NCBI RefSeq assembly: GCF_029633965.1 | Contig: NZ_CP091277.1 | Coordinates: 763,940 to 803,939 of the forward strand | Direction: 5' to 3' | Length of the DNA: 40,000 nucleotides | Source: Methanogenium sp. S4BF | GTDB taxonomy: Archaea; Halobacteriota; Methanomicrobia; Methanomicrobiales; Methanomicrobiaceae | Part shown: in pieces, positions 21,801 to 30,973 of the stretch | Position numbering within the stretch: position 1 is the stretch's first letter | Layout: each line of letters begins with the position of its first letter | Translations under genes and position numbers: made by a program | The notes under the pieces: generated by a model | Databases searched by the model: none | What the model was told of the DNA's origin: nothing | Seen by the model: the letters and a program-made list of their open reading frames with translations, nothing else

Positions 21801-22461
21801 GCTCTCATCATCCGGCGTCGGTGGACAGGAGCTCTTTGTTTTGCCGTTCGGGGATATTGTCGATTACTTCACCCCGTACACCGGAGCGCTCTTCCTGTTT
21901 GCGCTGGTCTTCACCCTCATCTGCATCTTTTCAAAACCGGAGAAGCAGCTGGACGTGGTCTTCGGGACCGACGCGATATACGCCAAGGAAGTCACCGGGA
22001 AAGAACTGCATTTCAGGCGGTTCATGGCAATCGCCTGTGGCCTTGCCACGATGGGCGCCGTCACCAGCGGAGACGTGTTTAACTTCACCCTCTTTGTCAG
22101 TCTGGTGGGTGTCTGCATCATCGGCATTGTCGCTGCGGTGAAAAGCAAACATGTGCTGAATGCAGCCTTTAACTATGGCATCATCTCGATGCTTGCAACC
22201 GTCCCCCTCTTTGGCGGGGCGGCCATCACGCTGGCGGCGACCGGCACCCTTTCCATCTGGGAGCTCGCCGCAATCGCACCCGCCATGCCGTGGATCGCCA
22301 AGGCCCTGATCCTCGTGGGAGTCATGGGAGAGGGGATCGCCCCCTTCTATGCGGCAAAGGCGGAACTGTTCCGTGCACCGGGTGCACCGTATGTAATCAT
22401 GATCCATGTCAGCTCCCTGCTGATGTTCCTGAGAGTTGTGGAGATAATGCTCACCGTGTGA
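21784..22461 (+). CDS. ehaH: Eha integral membrane subunit with a truncated NuoL/M/N-like (antiporter-like) motif
   Basis: GIAPFYAAKAELFRAPGAPYVIMIHVSS resembles the conserved K-x-x-x-x-P-f-H-x-W-x-P-x-x-x-x-x-A-P-x-P-v-S segment of complex I antiporter-like subunits. The start is GTG 21784 or ATG 21793. Confidence 0.5.
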   Translation: MRKMFELSSSGVGGQELFVLPFGDIVDYFTPYTGALFLFALVFTLICIFSKPEKQLDVVFGTDAIYAKEVTGKELHFRRFMAIACGLATMGAVTSGDVFNFTLFVSLVGVCIIGIVAAVKSKHVLNAAFNYGIISMLATVPLFGGAAITLAATGTLSIWELAAIAPAMPWIAKALILVGVMGEGIAPFYAAKAELFRAPGAPYVIMIHVSSLLMFLRVVEIMLTV

Positions 22462-22467
22462 TAGACC

Positions 22468-22671
22468 ATGAAAGGAAAAAGTATTCAGATAATGACCGTT
22501 GTCGCGCTCATTGCCCTCGTTATAGGAGGAATCGGACCGTATTTCGGTTTTCTTTCTGACATCGGGCAGGCGGTCATCTGCATCATCGCAGTGCCGGCCT
22601 TTGTCGTGGGAATCATGCTCTCCTGGAAATACCGGGATGGGGAAGAAGACTATCCGTTTATGGGGTACTGA
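22468..22671 (+). CDS. Eha small membrane subunit (EhaI position)
   Basis: 67 aa with two TM helices. It begins 6 nt after the previous gene and ends 3 nt before the next. Confidence 0.45.
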   Translation: MKGKSIQIMTVVALIALVIGGIGPYFGFLSDIGQAVICIIAVPAFVVGIMLSWKYRDGEEDYPFMGY

Positions 22672-22674
22672 AAA

Positions 22675-23517
22675 ATGATAGGCTATCTGATTGCAGCACC
22701 ATTCATCGGCCTTCTCTTCATGGGAATACACCGGAAGGCAATTGCACGGATACAGGGACGGCCCGGCCCTCCCGTCTGGCAGGAGGTTCTTCACACTCTG
22801 AAGTTCTCTTTCAAGGAGACCTGGGTTCCCCGCACCGCGAGTAAACCGCTCTACATCGGCATCGTTATTATTGCCATTGCCATCTGGGTCGGGGCGCTCT
22901 ACATCGTCATGCTCGGCGGCAGCCTCCTGCTCCTGTTTGGCATCTATATGGTGCATAAAATGGTGGAGCACGGGGTAGGGCTCTCACCCGGGTCCCCCTA
23001 TGCGAAATTCGGCGGTGTCCGTTCGGTCATCTCCGCGTCGTCCGAGATACCGCTCTTTGCAGTGGTGGCAGGCATCTACTTTACCACCGGATCCCTGATG
23101 ATATCAGATATCATCCAGTACCAGGCAGAACACGGACCGCTGCTCTTCAGTCTTCTCCCGGCGGCAATTGCGATGTATATCGTCATCCTCTCAAAGATGC
23201 ACTACGGCCCGTTCTCCATCGTCGAGGCAAAAGAGATCGTCAGCGGGTATAAGACCGAGCATTTTGGCGCCTGGCGTGCAGGGCTTGAAGTATCAGATGC
23301 GATCAAAACCTTCGTGCTGTTGATGGCGTTTGTACTGGTATTCTGGGGGGCATTGTCCCCGGTACTGCTCTTTGTCGCGATGCTCATCCTGCTTATTTCG
23401 CTCTCCTTTGTCTGTGCGGTAACCCCGATGCTGGGCCCGTATGACAGTGTGACGGTGCAGCTCGTTACCATCGTCATTCTTGTAGCATGGATGGCGCTTT
23501 TAGGGGTGATCGCATGA
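22675..23517 (+). CDS. ehaJ: Eha NuoH/HycD/CooK-like integral membrane subunit
   Basis: HRKAIARIQGRPGPPVWQEVLHTLKF matches the conserved R-x-G-P / Q-x-x-x-D-x-x-K region of NuoH-type subunits. The protein is 280 aa and polytopic. Confidence 0.75.
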   Translation: MIGYLIAAPFIGLLFMGIHRKAIARIQGRPGPPVWQEVLHTLKFSFKETWVPRTASKPLYIGIVIIAIAIWVGALYIVMLGGSLLLLFGIYMVHKMVEHGVGLSPGSPYAKFGGVRSVISASSEIPLFAVVAGIYFTTGSLMISDIIQYQAEHGPLLFSLLPAAIAMYIVILSKMHYGPFSIVEAKEIVSGYKTEHFGAWRAGLEVSDAIKTFVLLMAFVLVFWGALSPVLLFVAMLILLISLSFVCAVTPMLGPYDSVTVQLVTIVILVAWMALLGVIA

Positions 23518-23762
23518 CACAAATCAAGACAATTCTTACCGGAGGTCTGGCCGCATACCTGCTCATCGCCGTGTGGCAGGTGACGTCCCATCCGGAGATT
23601 GCTGTTCAGGCGGTCGCCCTTGGGCTGATCTTTATCCTGCTCACCGTCATTGCCTGGATCTCAGACGAAGAGACACTCAAAAAAGCAGAGATGGTGATCC
23701 TGTGGGTGGCTGTCGGGCTCTTTGCCCTGTATGCAGTCCTTGTGGCCGGAGGGATCGTCTGA
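23514..23762 (+). CDS. Eha small membrane subunit (EhaK position)
   Basis: The internal ATG at 23514 overlaps the ehaJ stop (ATGA), so MTQIKTILTGG... is the more likely start than the listed 23487. The product is hydrophobic. Confidence 0.45.
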   Translation: MTQIKTILTGGLAAYLLIAVWQVTSHPEIAVQAVALGLIFILLTVIAWISDEETLKKAEMVILWVAVGLFALYAVLVAGGIV

Positions 23763-24154
23763 TGGTTACCTATCTCTATGAAAAGGACCTGCGGGAGATG
23801 AAGCTCATCATCCTGTCCAGCCCGCTGCATGAAGCAATAATGGCCGCCCTGTGTGACAAATACGGGGTTCGCCGCCAGATTCTCCGGCGCAAGATGATCG
23901 ATCTCTTTGACATGTCCCTGCTGGAAAATCTCCCTGCACGATACGAAGTCTGGGAAAAAGCGCCTCCGGAACCGGAGAACAGTGTGGCATCGGCATTCGG
24001 TGCATCCCTGATCTCACGGCAGATACCCCTCCTCACCGACGATGAGATGGACAAAATCATTCAACAGACAAACGACAAACTTCACGCCGGTCTTGAAAGA
24101 GAACAGGCGCTTAATGAAGGATTCACAATGATACGGGAGGTACTCTCTTCATGA
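23762..24154 (+). CDS. Eha hydrophilic subunit (EhaM-like position)
   Basis: The ATG at 23762 overlaps the previous stop. [30 protein letters not shown]... is a soluble 130-aa protein. The listed 193-aa ORF start at 23573 would run through the upstream gene. Confidence 0.45.
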   Translation: MVTYLYEKDLREMKLIILSSPLHEAIMAALCDKYGVRRQILRRKMIDLFDMSLLENLPARYEVWEKAPPEPENSVASAFGASLISRQIPLLTDDEMDKIIQQTNDKLHAGLEREQALNEGFTMIREVLSS

Positions 24155-24606
24155 AACCATTACAGGACCTGAAAAACGCGGTCCGATCACGCTCCATTCA
24201 TGTCTGCTATGTCAATGTAGGATCATGCAATGGGTGTGATATTGAAATTCTTGCATGTCTCGCCCCACGATATGATATTGAACAATATGGGATTTACGTG
24301 CACAATAACCCCCGGGAAGCGGATATTCTGTTAGTTACCGGTGGTTTTTCCCCCCAGTGGGAGGATAAGCTGATAGGCCTCTGGGAAAAGATTCCGGAAC
24401 CAAAGGCGGCAATTGCCATCGGGAACTGTCCGATATCCGGCTGTGTCTTTAACCGTGAAGGGACATACCTCGACCCGCCGGTACGAAAGCACATCCCGAT
24501 TGCGGCAGAAGTGCCCGGCTGTCCGCCCCGGCCGACAGAGATTCTTGCAGCTGTGCTGTCACTGGCACCTGTGGTATTCAAAGACTATGAGAGGAGAGAG
24601 GAATGA
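24151..24606 (+). CDS. ehaN: Group 4 [NiFe]-hydrogenase small subunit (NuoB-like)
   Basis: Cys ligands for the proximal cluster are [19 protein letters not shown] and GCPPRP. The protein is 151 aa. Confidence 0.85.
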   Translation: MKPLQDLKNAVRSRSIHVCYVNVGSCNGCDIEILACLAPRYDIEQYGIYVHNNPREADILLVTGGFSPQWEDKLIGLWEKIPEPKAAIAIGNCPISGCVFNREGTYLDPPVRKHIPIAAEVPGCPPRPTEILAAVLSLAPVVFKDYERREE

Positions 24607-25688
24607 AGAAGACTGTTGATGTATCCCTTCCTATAGGGCCGGTGCATCCGGTCTTTAAGGAACCCTGCCGGATTAAATGTGAAACACGTGGTGAATACGT
24701 AATCAAGGCAGAACTTGAGCTTGGCTATGTCAAAAAAGGCATTGAACGCATCATGGTCGGACGGCCCTGGCAGGAAGTGATGTTTCTGGCAGAACGGGTC
24801 TGCGGCATCTGTTCTGTCATCCACAATTATGTCTGCATCGAAGGGATGGAGCGCATCAGTGATGTCCCGGTACCGGACCGGGCGGCCTATCTCCGGGCGG
24901 TGGTGAACGAACTGGACCGGATCCAAAGTCACCTGCTGGCCAATTACTCCTACTGCTACACCATCGAGCATGAAACCCTTGCGATGTATCTTCTGAATCT
25001 GCGGGAGACTGCGATGGACGCCCTGGAGCTGATCACCGGAGCACGCGTCACCTGTTCATTCATCATCCCCGGCGGTGTGCGGTTTGACCTGACCCCGGAG
25101 AAAGAGCGCAGCCTTCGCACCATGCTTGATCACATCGATGCCGAACTCACCCGGTTTGTACGGATGTTTGAGGGGGGCTCACTGATCGCCCTCCGGAGCA
25201 AAGATGTCGGCACCTTCACCCGTGAAGAGGCCATCGAATCCCATGCCGTGGGCCCGACTGCCCGTGCCAGCAACCTGGACAATGACTGCAGAGGATTCCA
25301 CCCGACCTACCGGAAACTGGGGTTCGAGCCGATTCTTCTCGATGACGGCGACAATTATGCACGCATCATGATCCGGTTTCTGGAGGTGTTCCAGAGCACT
25401 CAGCTCATCCGCACCTGTCTGGCGCAGATGGAGGCAGGCAGCATCCGGGGCGGCGGCACCATCGGCGGAGGCGCATTCAAATGGGCAGGGGAGGCCCCCC
25501 GCGGTGAACTCTCGTATTCTATCAGCACCGATGAACACGGACGGGTGAAGGAGATTGGCATACGGACCCCGTCCATCATGAATATCGAGGCCTGTGTGCA
25601 TTACATGCTGAAGGGAGTGAGTTCTTCTGCGGATGTGACATCCACGTACATCAGCTCGGATCCATGCATCGCATGCAATGAGAGGTGA
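24603..25688 (+). CDS. ehaO: Group 4 [NiFe]-hydrogenase large subunit (NuoD-like)
   Basis: The N-terminal Ni-Fe ligand motif is [10 protein letters not shown] and the C-terminal motif is DPCIACNER. The protein ends exactly at the Arg, so it has no C-terminal maturation peptide. Confidence 0.88.
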   Translation: MKKTVDVSLPIGPVHPVFKEPCRIKCETRGEYVIKAELELGYVKKGIERIMVGRPWQEVMFLAERVCGICSVIHNYVCIEGMERISDVPVPDRAAYLRAVVNELDRIQSHLLANYSYCYTIEHETLAMYLLNLRETAMDALELITGARVTCSFIIPGGVRFDLTPEKERSLRTMLDHIDAELTRFVRMFEGGSLIALRSKDVGTFTREEAIESHAVGPTARASNLDNDCRGFHPTYRKLGFEPILLDDGDNYARIMIRFLEVFQSTQLIRTCLAQMEAGSIRGGGTIGGGAFKWAGEAPRGELSYSISTDEHGRVKEIGIRTPSIMNIEACVHYMLKGVSSSADVTSTYISSDPCIACNER

Positions 25689-26299
25689 ATGAAATGGCAT
25701 CTTCAATAATCTGGTATCTGAGAGAATTTGTCCGGGGAGAGTGGCTCACGAAGTTCTTCACCGTCAAAACCGCTCCTCTGGACACTCCGCCTTATTTCCG
25801 GGGATTTCCCACACTCACAGAGAAGGAATGCACCCATTGCCTCGCCTGTATGATGATCTGCCCGGCGCCCAACGCCATCGAGGTGCTGGAGACAGACGGC
25901 GTATGGAATCCGGTCATCTATCCCGGCCACTGCATCCGGTGCGGACTCTGTGTTGAAGCGTGCCCGGAGGATGTCCTGACAACAGGCGTTATTCTCGCGG
26001 TGCAAAAAACCGACAGGACGTCATTTCAGGCAACCTTTCACCTCTCCATCGACCCCGTTCTGTGCAGACGGTGTGGAAACTGTGCGGTTGCATGCCCGGT
26101 CAATAAAGAGATCGATCCCTATCTGGGCGGGACAGGGACCGCATTCAGCGAAGAGGTCATCATGCGCATCTTCAACGGTGAGATGCGTGTCATTCACCCC
26201 GAGAAATGCACCGGGTGCAAAACCTGTGAAAAAACCTGCCCGAACCATGCAATCAGGGTTGCACGTGTAGTGGAAGGCGTACAGGAGGCAGGCGTATGA
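25685..26299 (+). CDS. Four-cluster [4Fe-4S] ferredoxin with NuoI/HycF-like N-terminus
   Basis: It has four CxxCxxCxxxCP motifs: CTHCLACMMICP, CIRCGLCVEACP, CRRCGNCAVACP and CTGCKTCEKTCP. The likely start is ATG 25694, preceded by GAGAGGTGA. The stop overlaps the fwdD start (ATGA). Confidence 0.8.
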   Translation: MNEMASSIIWYLREFVRGEWLTKFFTVKTAPLDTPPYFRGFPTLTEKECTHCLACMMICPAPNAIEVLETDGVWNPVIYPGHCIRCGLCVEACPEDVLTTGVILAVQKTDRTSFQATFHLSIDPVLCRRCGNCAVACPVNKEIDPYLGGTGTAFSEEVIMRIFNGEMRVIHPEKCTGCKTCEKTCPNHAIRVARVVEGVQEAGV

Positions 26300-26688
26300 A
26301 ATTTATCCTGAATACCGGACGGACCATCCGGCAGGGGAAATATATTGAGAGTAAACTGGGGAAGGGATATGCCGAAGAGACCTCCCGGTGCCAGATCCAT
26401 CCACTTGACCTCCTTGAACTGGGCGTAGAAGAAGGGGAAAATGTGCTGGTGAAAAGTGAGGCGGGTGAGGTTGTGCTGGTCGCCGTTGCCGATGAGGGAC
26501 TACCGAAAGGGATGGTCTTTGTCTCCTACGGCATTCACTGTAATTCAATCATCTCAGCCAGCACCCATGGCACAGGGATGCCTGACTATAAGATCCATGA
26601 GGTGGAAATTGTCCCGACTTCAGAAGACCGGAAAACGCCGGTTGAGCTGCTGGAGCAATTAGGAGGTCTCAGGTATGCAGGAAATTAA
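26296..26688 (+). CDS. fwdD: Formylmethanofuran dehydrogenase subunit D
   Basis: 130 aa. MKFILNTGRTIRQG ... CQIHPLDLLELGVEEGENVLVKSEAGEVVLVAV is the molybdopterin-dinucleotide-binding barrel typical of FwdD/FmdD. W versus Mo cannot be decided from sequence. Confidence 0.8.
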   Translation: MKFILNTGRTIRQGKYIESKLGKGYAEETSRCQIHPLDLLELGVEEGENVLVKSEAGEVVLVAVADEGLPKGMVFVSYGIHCNSIISASTHGTGMPDYKIHEVEIVPTSEDRKTPVELLEQLGGLRYAGN

Positions 26689-27967
26689 GGATATGGTCTG
26701 CCCCTTCTGCGGGTGCCTCTGCGATGATGTCACCCTGGAAATAGACGGTGACAGAATCGTATCGACCGACAACTGCTGCACCATCGGAAACGCAAAGTTC
26801 CTGGGCAAACACCGGCTGAAGAACCCGATAAAAAAGGTCAACGGTAAATGGGTGGACATCACCTATGACGAAGCCGTTGACACCGCAGTCGACATTCTCC
26901 TGGATGCAGACAGGCCCCTTCTCTTTGGCTGGTCCGGCACCCACGGAGAGGCGCAGTGTGTCGGTGTCCATATGAACGAAATTCTGGGCGGCGTGATTGA
27001 CAGCACGACATCGGTCTGCCACGGCCCGTCCATTCTTGCCATCCAGGAAGTAGGCCATCCCGGCTGCACGTTAGGTCAGGTCAAAAACCGTGCAGACCTG
27101 ATCATCTACTGGGGATGCAATCCCATCGAGGCCCATCCCCGTCATATGAGCCGCTACACCACCTATGCAGACGGATATTTCCTGGACAACGCATTCCGGA
27201 ACCGCAAAGTCATCGTCGTCGATGTCCGGGAGACGGAGACCGCAAATGTCGCCGATGAATTCATCCGGATTAAACCGGGCGGCGATTATGCGGTGCTCTC
27301 CTCCCTGCGGGCAATCATCCGCGGCAAAGGCGATATGATTCCCGATTCAGTGGCAGGCGTCAGCAGGACACAGCTGATGCAGGTCGCCGAGATGTGCAGG
27401 ACCTGCTCCTTTGGTGCATTGTTCTTTGGCGTCGGCCTGACCATGGCGAAAGGGAAGTACAAAAACATCAGAAATGCGATTGAACTCGTCGATGACCTGA
27501 ACCGCCACACGAAATTTACGCTCACCCCCATGCGGGGGCACTGGAACGTCTACGGGGCAAATGAAGTCTTCTCGTGGATGACCGGCTACCCGTTTGCGGT
27601 TGACTTCTGCCGGGGTGTTGCATTCTATAATCCCGGAGAGACCTCAGCTGTCGATGTGCTTGCACGAAAAGAGTGTGATGCCTGTATGGTCATTGCAAGC
27701 GATCCGGGCGCACATTTTCCCCGTGCCTGTGTGGAGCAGATGCGTGACATCCCCCTGATTGTGATTGACCCGTTCCAGTCACTGACCACCCCCCTTGCAG
27801 ACCTCCAGATACCGGCCGCAGTGACAGGCATCGACGCGGAAGGGACGGCATACCGGATGGACGGGATCCCCATCAAGGTCAAAAAGGCGATGGACTCCGA
27901 CTACCCCTCCGACACAGAGATTCTCACCAGGATTTATGACAGGATGCTTGAGGTGAAAGGGCTATGA
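26675..27967 (+). CDS. fwdB: Formylmethanofuran dehydrogenase subunit B (Cys-type)
   Basis: N-terminal cluster motif CPFCGCLCDD and metal-ligand region TSVCHGPS with a Cys codon rather than an in-frame TGA. The 430-aa protein has a molybdopterin oxidoreductase layout. Confidence 0.85.
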   Translation: MQEIKDMVCPFCGCLCDDVTLEIDGDRIVSTDNCCTIGNAKFLGKHRLKNPIKKVNGKWVDITYDEAVDTAVDILLDADRPLLFGWSGTHGEAQCVGVHMNEILGGVIDSTTSVCHGPSILAIQEVGHPGCTLGQVKNRADLIIYWGCNPIEAHPRHMSRYTTYADGYFLDNAFRNRKVIVVDVRETETANVADEFIRIKPGGDYAVLSSLRAIIRGKGDMIPDSVAGVSRTQLMQVAEMCRTCSFGALFFGVGLTMAKGKYKNIRNAIELVDDLNRHTKFTLTPMRGHWNVYGANEVFSWMTGYPFAVDFCRGVAFYNPGETSAVDVLARKECDACMVIASDPGAHFPRACVEQMRDIPLIVIDPFQSLTTPLADLQIPAAVTGIDAEGTAYRMDGIPIKVKKAMDSDYPSDTEILTRIYDRMLEVKGL

Positions 27968-29664
27968 AGACGCTTCTGATAAAAAATGCCTTCGTCATCG
28001 ATCCGGTTCAGAAGATATCCGGCGAGATGATGGATATTGCCGTTCGCGACGGGAAAATCGTCGATGATGTGAAAAACCCGGATCAGGTGATTGACGCAGA
28101 GGGCATGCTGACACTCCCCGGCGGCATCGATTCCCACACCCATATCTGCGGAACCAAGGTGAATTTCGGGAGATACATGAGCCCGGAGGACATGCGTGCC
28201 GGACGGACATCCCGCAAAGGGGATATGCATGCCACATCGGGGTACAGTGTCCCGACCACCTACGGGAACAGTTACCGGTATTCCCGGATGGGATACACAA
28301 CCCTCCTTGAAGGGGCGATGGCGCCCATGGAGGCACGCCACACCCATGAGGAGTTCCGGTATACGCCGATGCAGGACTGCCTCGCAAATACCCTCTTTGA
28401 CGGCAACTGGTTTGCTCTGGAGGCAATTCAGGACAAGGATATAAAACGGCTTGCAGGAATTCTGGCATGGTACCTGTCCGCGGCAAAGGGATTCGGCGTC
28501 AAACTGACCAATCCGGGCGGGACAGAAGCATGGGGGTTCGGACAGGACATCTCCTGCATTCACAAGCCGATTCCACGGTTCGGCATCACGCCCCGCGAGA
28601 TCATCGTGCGGATGATTGAGGCAAACGAGATGCTTAATCTCCCCCATTCCGTACATCTGCACTGCAACAACCTGGGAAAACCGGGCAATTATATGTGCAC
28701 GCTGGACACCTACAATGCCATCCCTGACCTCAATGACAAGCGCCAGTCCCTCTATTCAACCCATGTGCAGTTCCATTCCTACGGCGGCACTTCATGGAAT
28801 GACTTCTGTTCAAAAGCGGACGATATTGCCCGATCGGTGAATGACAAACCACAGATCGTCATCGACACCGGCCAGGTGATGTTCGGGAAGACGACCACCA
28901 TGACGGCCGACGGCCCGATGGAGTTTAACCTCTATCGTTTGTACCACAACAAGTGGAGCAATCATGATGTGGAAATGGAGACCGGCTCAGGGGTCATTCC
29001 TGTTCATTACCGGAAGAAAAACCTGGTAAATGCCATCATGTGGTCAATCGGCCTTGAACTTGCACTGCTGGTGGATAACCCATGGCAGTGCATTCTGGCG
29101 ACCGACAACCCCAACGGTGCACCGTTTGTCAAATATCCCGAAGTGATGGCGCTTCTCATGAGCAAAGAGTACCGGGAGAAGGAGTTTGCAACCCTCCACA
29201 AATCAACCGGCAGACGGGTGGCCCTGCCTGCAATTGACCGTGAGCTGACCTGGGATGAGATTGCGGTCATGACCCGTTCGGCACAGGCCCGTGCACTGGG
29301 CATCATCGATTACGGGAAAGGGCACCTGGCGGAAGGAGCGGAGGCAGATATTGCCATCTATCCTATCCATGTCGACACAACCGACCCGGCACACGATTAT
29401 GAACGTATCATCAATGGCTTTTCCACCACGGAATACACCATTAAGCGGGGTGAAGTCGTCTGCCGGAGAGGCACGTGCACGCTGGAAGGAAACCATTCGA
29501 CATACTGGGTGAAACCCCACGTATCCCCGGCATACGATATGAGTACGGATACGGCATTTATTGACGGCTTTAACAAGTATTACTCCATGAGAATCGGAAA
29601 CTATCCGGTCGGAGACGAGTATATCGGTCGGAATGTCTGCATTGAGACGGAGGCATCCATATGA
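27964..29664 (+). CDS. fwdA: Formylmethanofuran dehydrogenase subunit A (amidohydrolase fold)
   Basis: The metal-binding motif LPGGIDSHTHI, the 566-aa size and the position in the fwd cluster all fit FwdA. Confidence 0.85.
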   Translation: MKTLLIKNAFVIDPVQKISGEMMDIAVRDGKIVDDVKNPDQVIDAEGMLTLPGGIDSHTHICGTKVNFGRYMSPEDMRAGRTSRKGDMHATSGYSVPTTYGNSYRYSRMGYTTLLEGAMAPMEARHTHEEFRYTPMQDCLANTLFDGNWFALEAIQDKDIKRLAGILAWYLSAAKGFGVKLTNPGGTEAWGFGQDISCIHKPIPRFGITPREIIVRMIEANEMLNLPHSVHLHCNNLGKPGNYMCTLDTYNAIPDLNDKRQSLYSTHVQFHSYGGTSWNDFCSKADDIARSVNDKPQIVIDTGQVMFGKTTTMTADGPMEFNLYRLYHNKWSNHDVEMETGSGVIPVHYRKKNLVNAIMWSIGLELALLVDNPWQCILATDNPNGAPFVKYPEVMALLMSKEYREKEFATLHKSTGRRVALPAIDRELTWDEIAVMTRSAQARALGIIDYGKGHLAEGAEADIAIYPIHVDTTDPAHDYERIINGFSTTEYTIKRGEVVCRRGTCTLEGNHSTYWVKPHVSPAYDMSTDTAFIDGFNKYYSMRIGNYPVGDEYIGRNVCIETEASI

Positions 29665-30434
29665 TGCGTGTCATCCTTGAAGTAAAAGAACGCCACAAAC
29701 CGAATCTCCCGATTGAGGCGGAATGCATCACCCCGAAAAATTTTCTGGATGCGGAACGTGAATTTCACGTCTGGAAAGGCAATAAAGAGCTGGATTTGAC
29801 CGATGTCTTTCACGTCCGCAAAGACGGCACTGCCAAATCCGCCGAGCAGGTGGAGATAACCATCCGCGGTGACAGCTCCCATATCAAGCGCGTGGGAGAA
29901 TACATGGACGGAGGAAAGATCCTGATTGAACGGGATATCGGGATGCACTGCGGGAATTTCATGAGTGCCGGACGTATTGAGATTCTGGGCAATGCAGACT
30001 CCTGGCTGGGCCGTGAGATGCAGGGCGGAAAAATCGTCTGCCACGGCGATGCAATGGACTATGCCGGTTCCGGATATCGGGGCGAAAAACAGGGCATGCG
30101 GGGCGGAATCATTGAGATAATGGGAAATGCCGGGGATTTTGCCGGAGAAACCATGGCCGGTGGAGAAATAATTATCCACGGAAACGCAGGGGACATGCCC
30201 GGCGTTGACATCAGGGACGGGTGCCTGACGATTATGGGCGACTGTTCACGACCCTGCGGCAATATGTCCGGGGGCGAGTGCCGCGTATTCGGCACGGCAT
30301 ATGATATGCTTCCGACATTCAGAAACGAGGGCGCGACAACAATAGACGCAATGCCGGTCACCCGGTTTTCCGGGGATTATACCTCACGTGGATTGGGAAC
30401 ACTTTATGTGGGAACCTGCAAATATATGGATTAA
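29661..30434 (+). CDS. fwdC: Formylmethanofuran dehydrogenase subunit C
   Basis: Repeated G-x-x-G-x-x-x-G beta-helix units (GNAGDFAGETMAGGEIIIHGNAGDMPG, GNADSWLGREMQGGKIVCHGDA), as in FwdC and the GltB C-terminal domain. Confidence 0.85.
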   Translation: MMRVILEVKERHKPNLPIEAECITPKNFLDAEREFHVWKGNKELDLTDVFHVRKDGTAKSAEQVEITIRGDSSHIKRVGEYMDGGKILIERDIGMHCGNFMSAGRIEILGNADSWLGREMQGGKIVCHGDAMDYAGSGYRGEKQGMRGGIIEIMGNAGDFAGETMAGGEIIIHGNAGDMPGVDIRDGCLTIMGDCSRPCGNMSGGECRVFGTAYDMLPTFRNEGATTIDAMPVTRFSGDYTSRGLGTLYVGTCKYMD

Positions 30435-30583
30435 TGCTGAAACATAGTTGCGGATATACTGCTCCCATTCATTGCAAAAACTGTGGCAGGCCACTCATAC
30501 AGCGGGAGAAAAACGGCCTGTACTGCCCCTATTGTGGTCGTCAGGTCACCATGATCTGCCCCGGATGCGGAAAACCCTGGTGA
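30434..30583 (+). CDS. 49-aa zinc-ribbon protein, below the ORF-track cutoff
   Basis: Manual translation gives MLKHSCGYTAPIHCKNCGRPLIQREKNGLYCPYCGRQVTMICPGCGKPW, with three CxxC pairs. The ATG overlaps the fwdC stop (TAATG). The stop abuts the convergent gene exactly (30583/30584). Confidence 0.45.
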   Translation: MLKHSCGYTAPIHCKNCGRPLIQREKNGLYCPYCGRQVTMICPGCGKPW

Positions 30584-30859
30584 TCAGCGGTTCAGTATAC
30601 TGCTGCCGACCCGGCGTGCATACGCCGCACGCAGTTTTTCGGTCTCTTCAACGGTCAGATCCGTTCTTTTATTCTGCTGCAGATAGCGCTCCAGTTCAGC
30701 AATCACGGCATCGGCTTCGTGATGGTCCGTCACTTCAAGATATTCCGGAACACTGTTTCGCTGCATGGTTTCACCACAGACCGGGCAGAGTTTCCACTTC
30801 TGGAACGGGTCAATATAGGTGAATGTACTGCAGTTCTGACAGCGGATAATAAGGTACAT
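30584..30859 (-). CDS. DUF1922-type zinc-ribbon protein
   Basis: MYLIIRCQNCSTFTYIDPFQKWKLCPVCGE has two CxxC pairs in a short N-terminal ribbon followed by a helical tail. Small proteins of this pattern are common in methanogens. Confidence 0.65.
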   Translation of the reverse strand: MYLIIRCQNCSTFTYIDPFQKWKLCPVCGETMQRNSVPEYLEVTDHHEADAVIAELERYLQQNKRTDLTVEETEKLRAAYARRVGSSILNR

Positions 30860-30973
30860 CTTATATATCGCTAATGTATGCGCCAGACTATTAATCTTTG
30901 TGACAGATGACCGTTGATGCCGGAGAGAGAACGTTTGCGGATGGTTTTTATTTCTGGCGAATATTATTGAGTA

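Noticed and set aside
21931-22971. 346-aa minus-strand ORF, and 166-aa (21108-21608) and 155-aa (19567-20034) minus-strand ORFs in the eha region
   Set aside because: They are antisense to the tightly overlapping eha membrane-subunit genes. The products are highly charged, His/Asp/Arg-rich and of low complexity.
23573-23761. N-terminal 63 aa of the listed 193-aa ORF
   Set aside because: This part overlaps the hydrophobic EhaK-position gene in another frame and is Arg/Cys/Gly-rich. The ATG at 23762, overlapping the previous stop, fits the operon's coupling pattern.
26675-27967. Selenocysteine-type FwdB (in-frame TGA recoding)
   Set aside because: The active-site position is a normal Cys codon (TSVCHGPS). 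The ORF has no internal TGA, and no SECIS-like hunt is warranted.
27934-28662. 242-aa minus-strand ORF within fwdA, plus 192-aa (29601-30179) and 175-aa (25179-25706) minus-strand ORFs
   Set aside because: They are antisense to fwdA, fwdC and the hydrogenase large subunit, all of which have diagnostic motifs.
30448-30822. 124-aa plus-strand ORF
   Set aside because: It overlaps the DUF1922 zinc-ribbon gene on the opposite strand and the better-supported 49-aa zinc-ribbon ORF in another frame. The product is Ser/Pro/His/Arg-rich with no motif.
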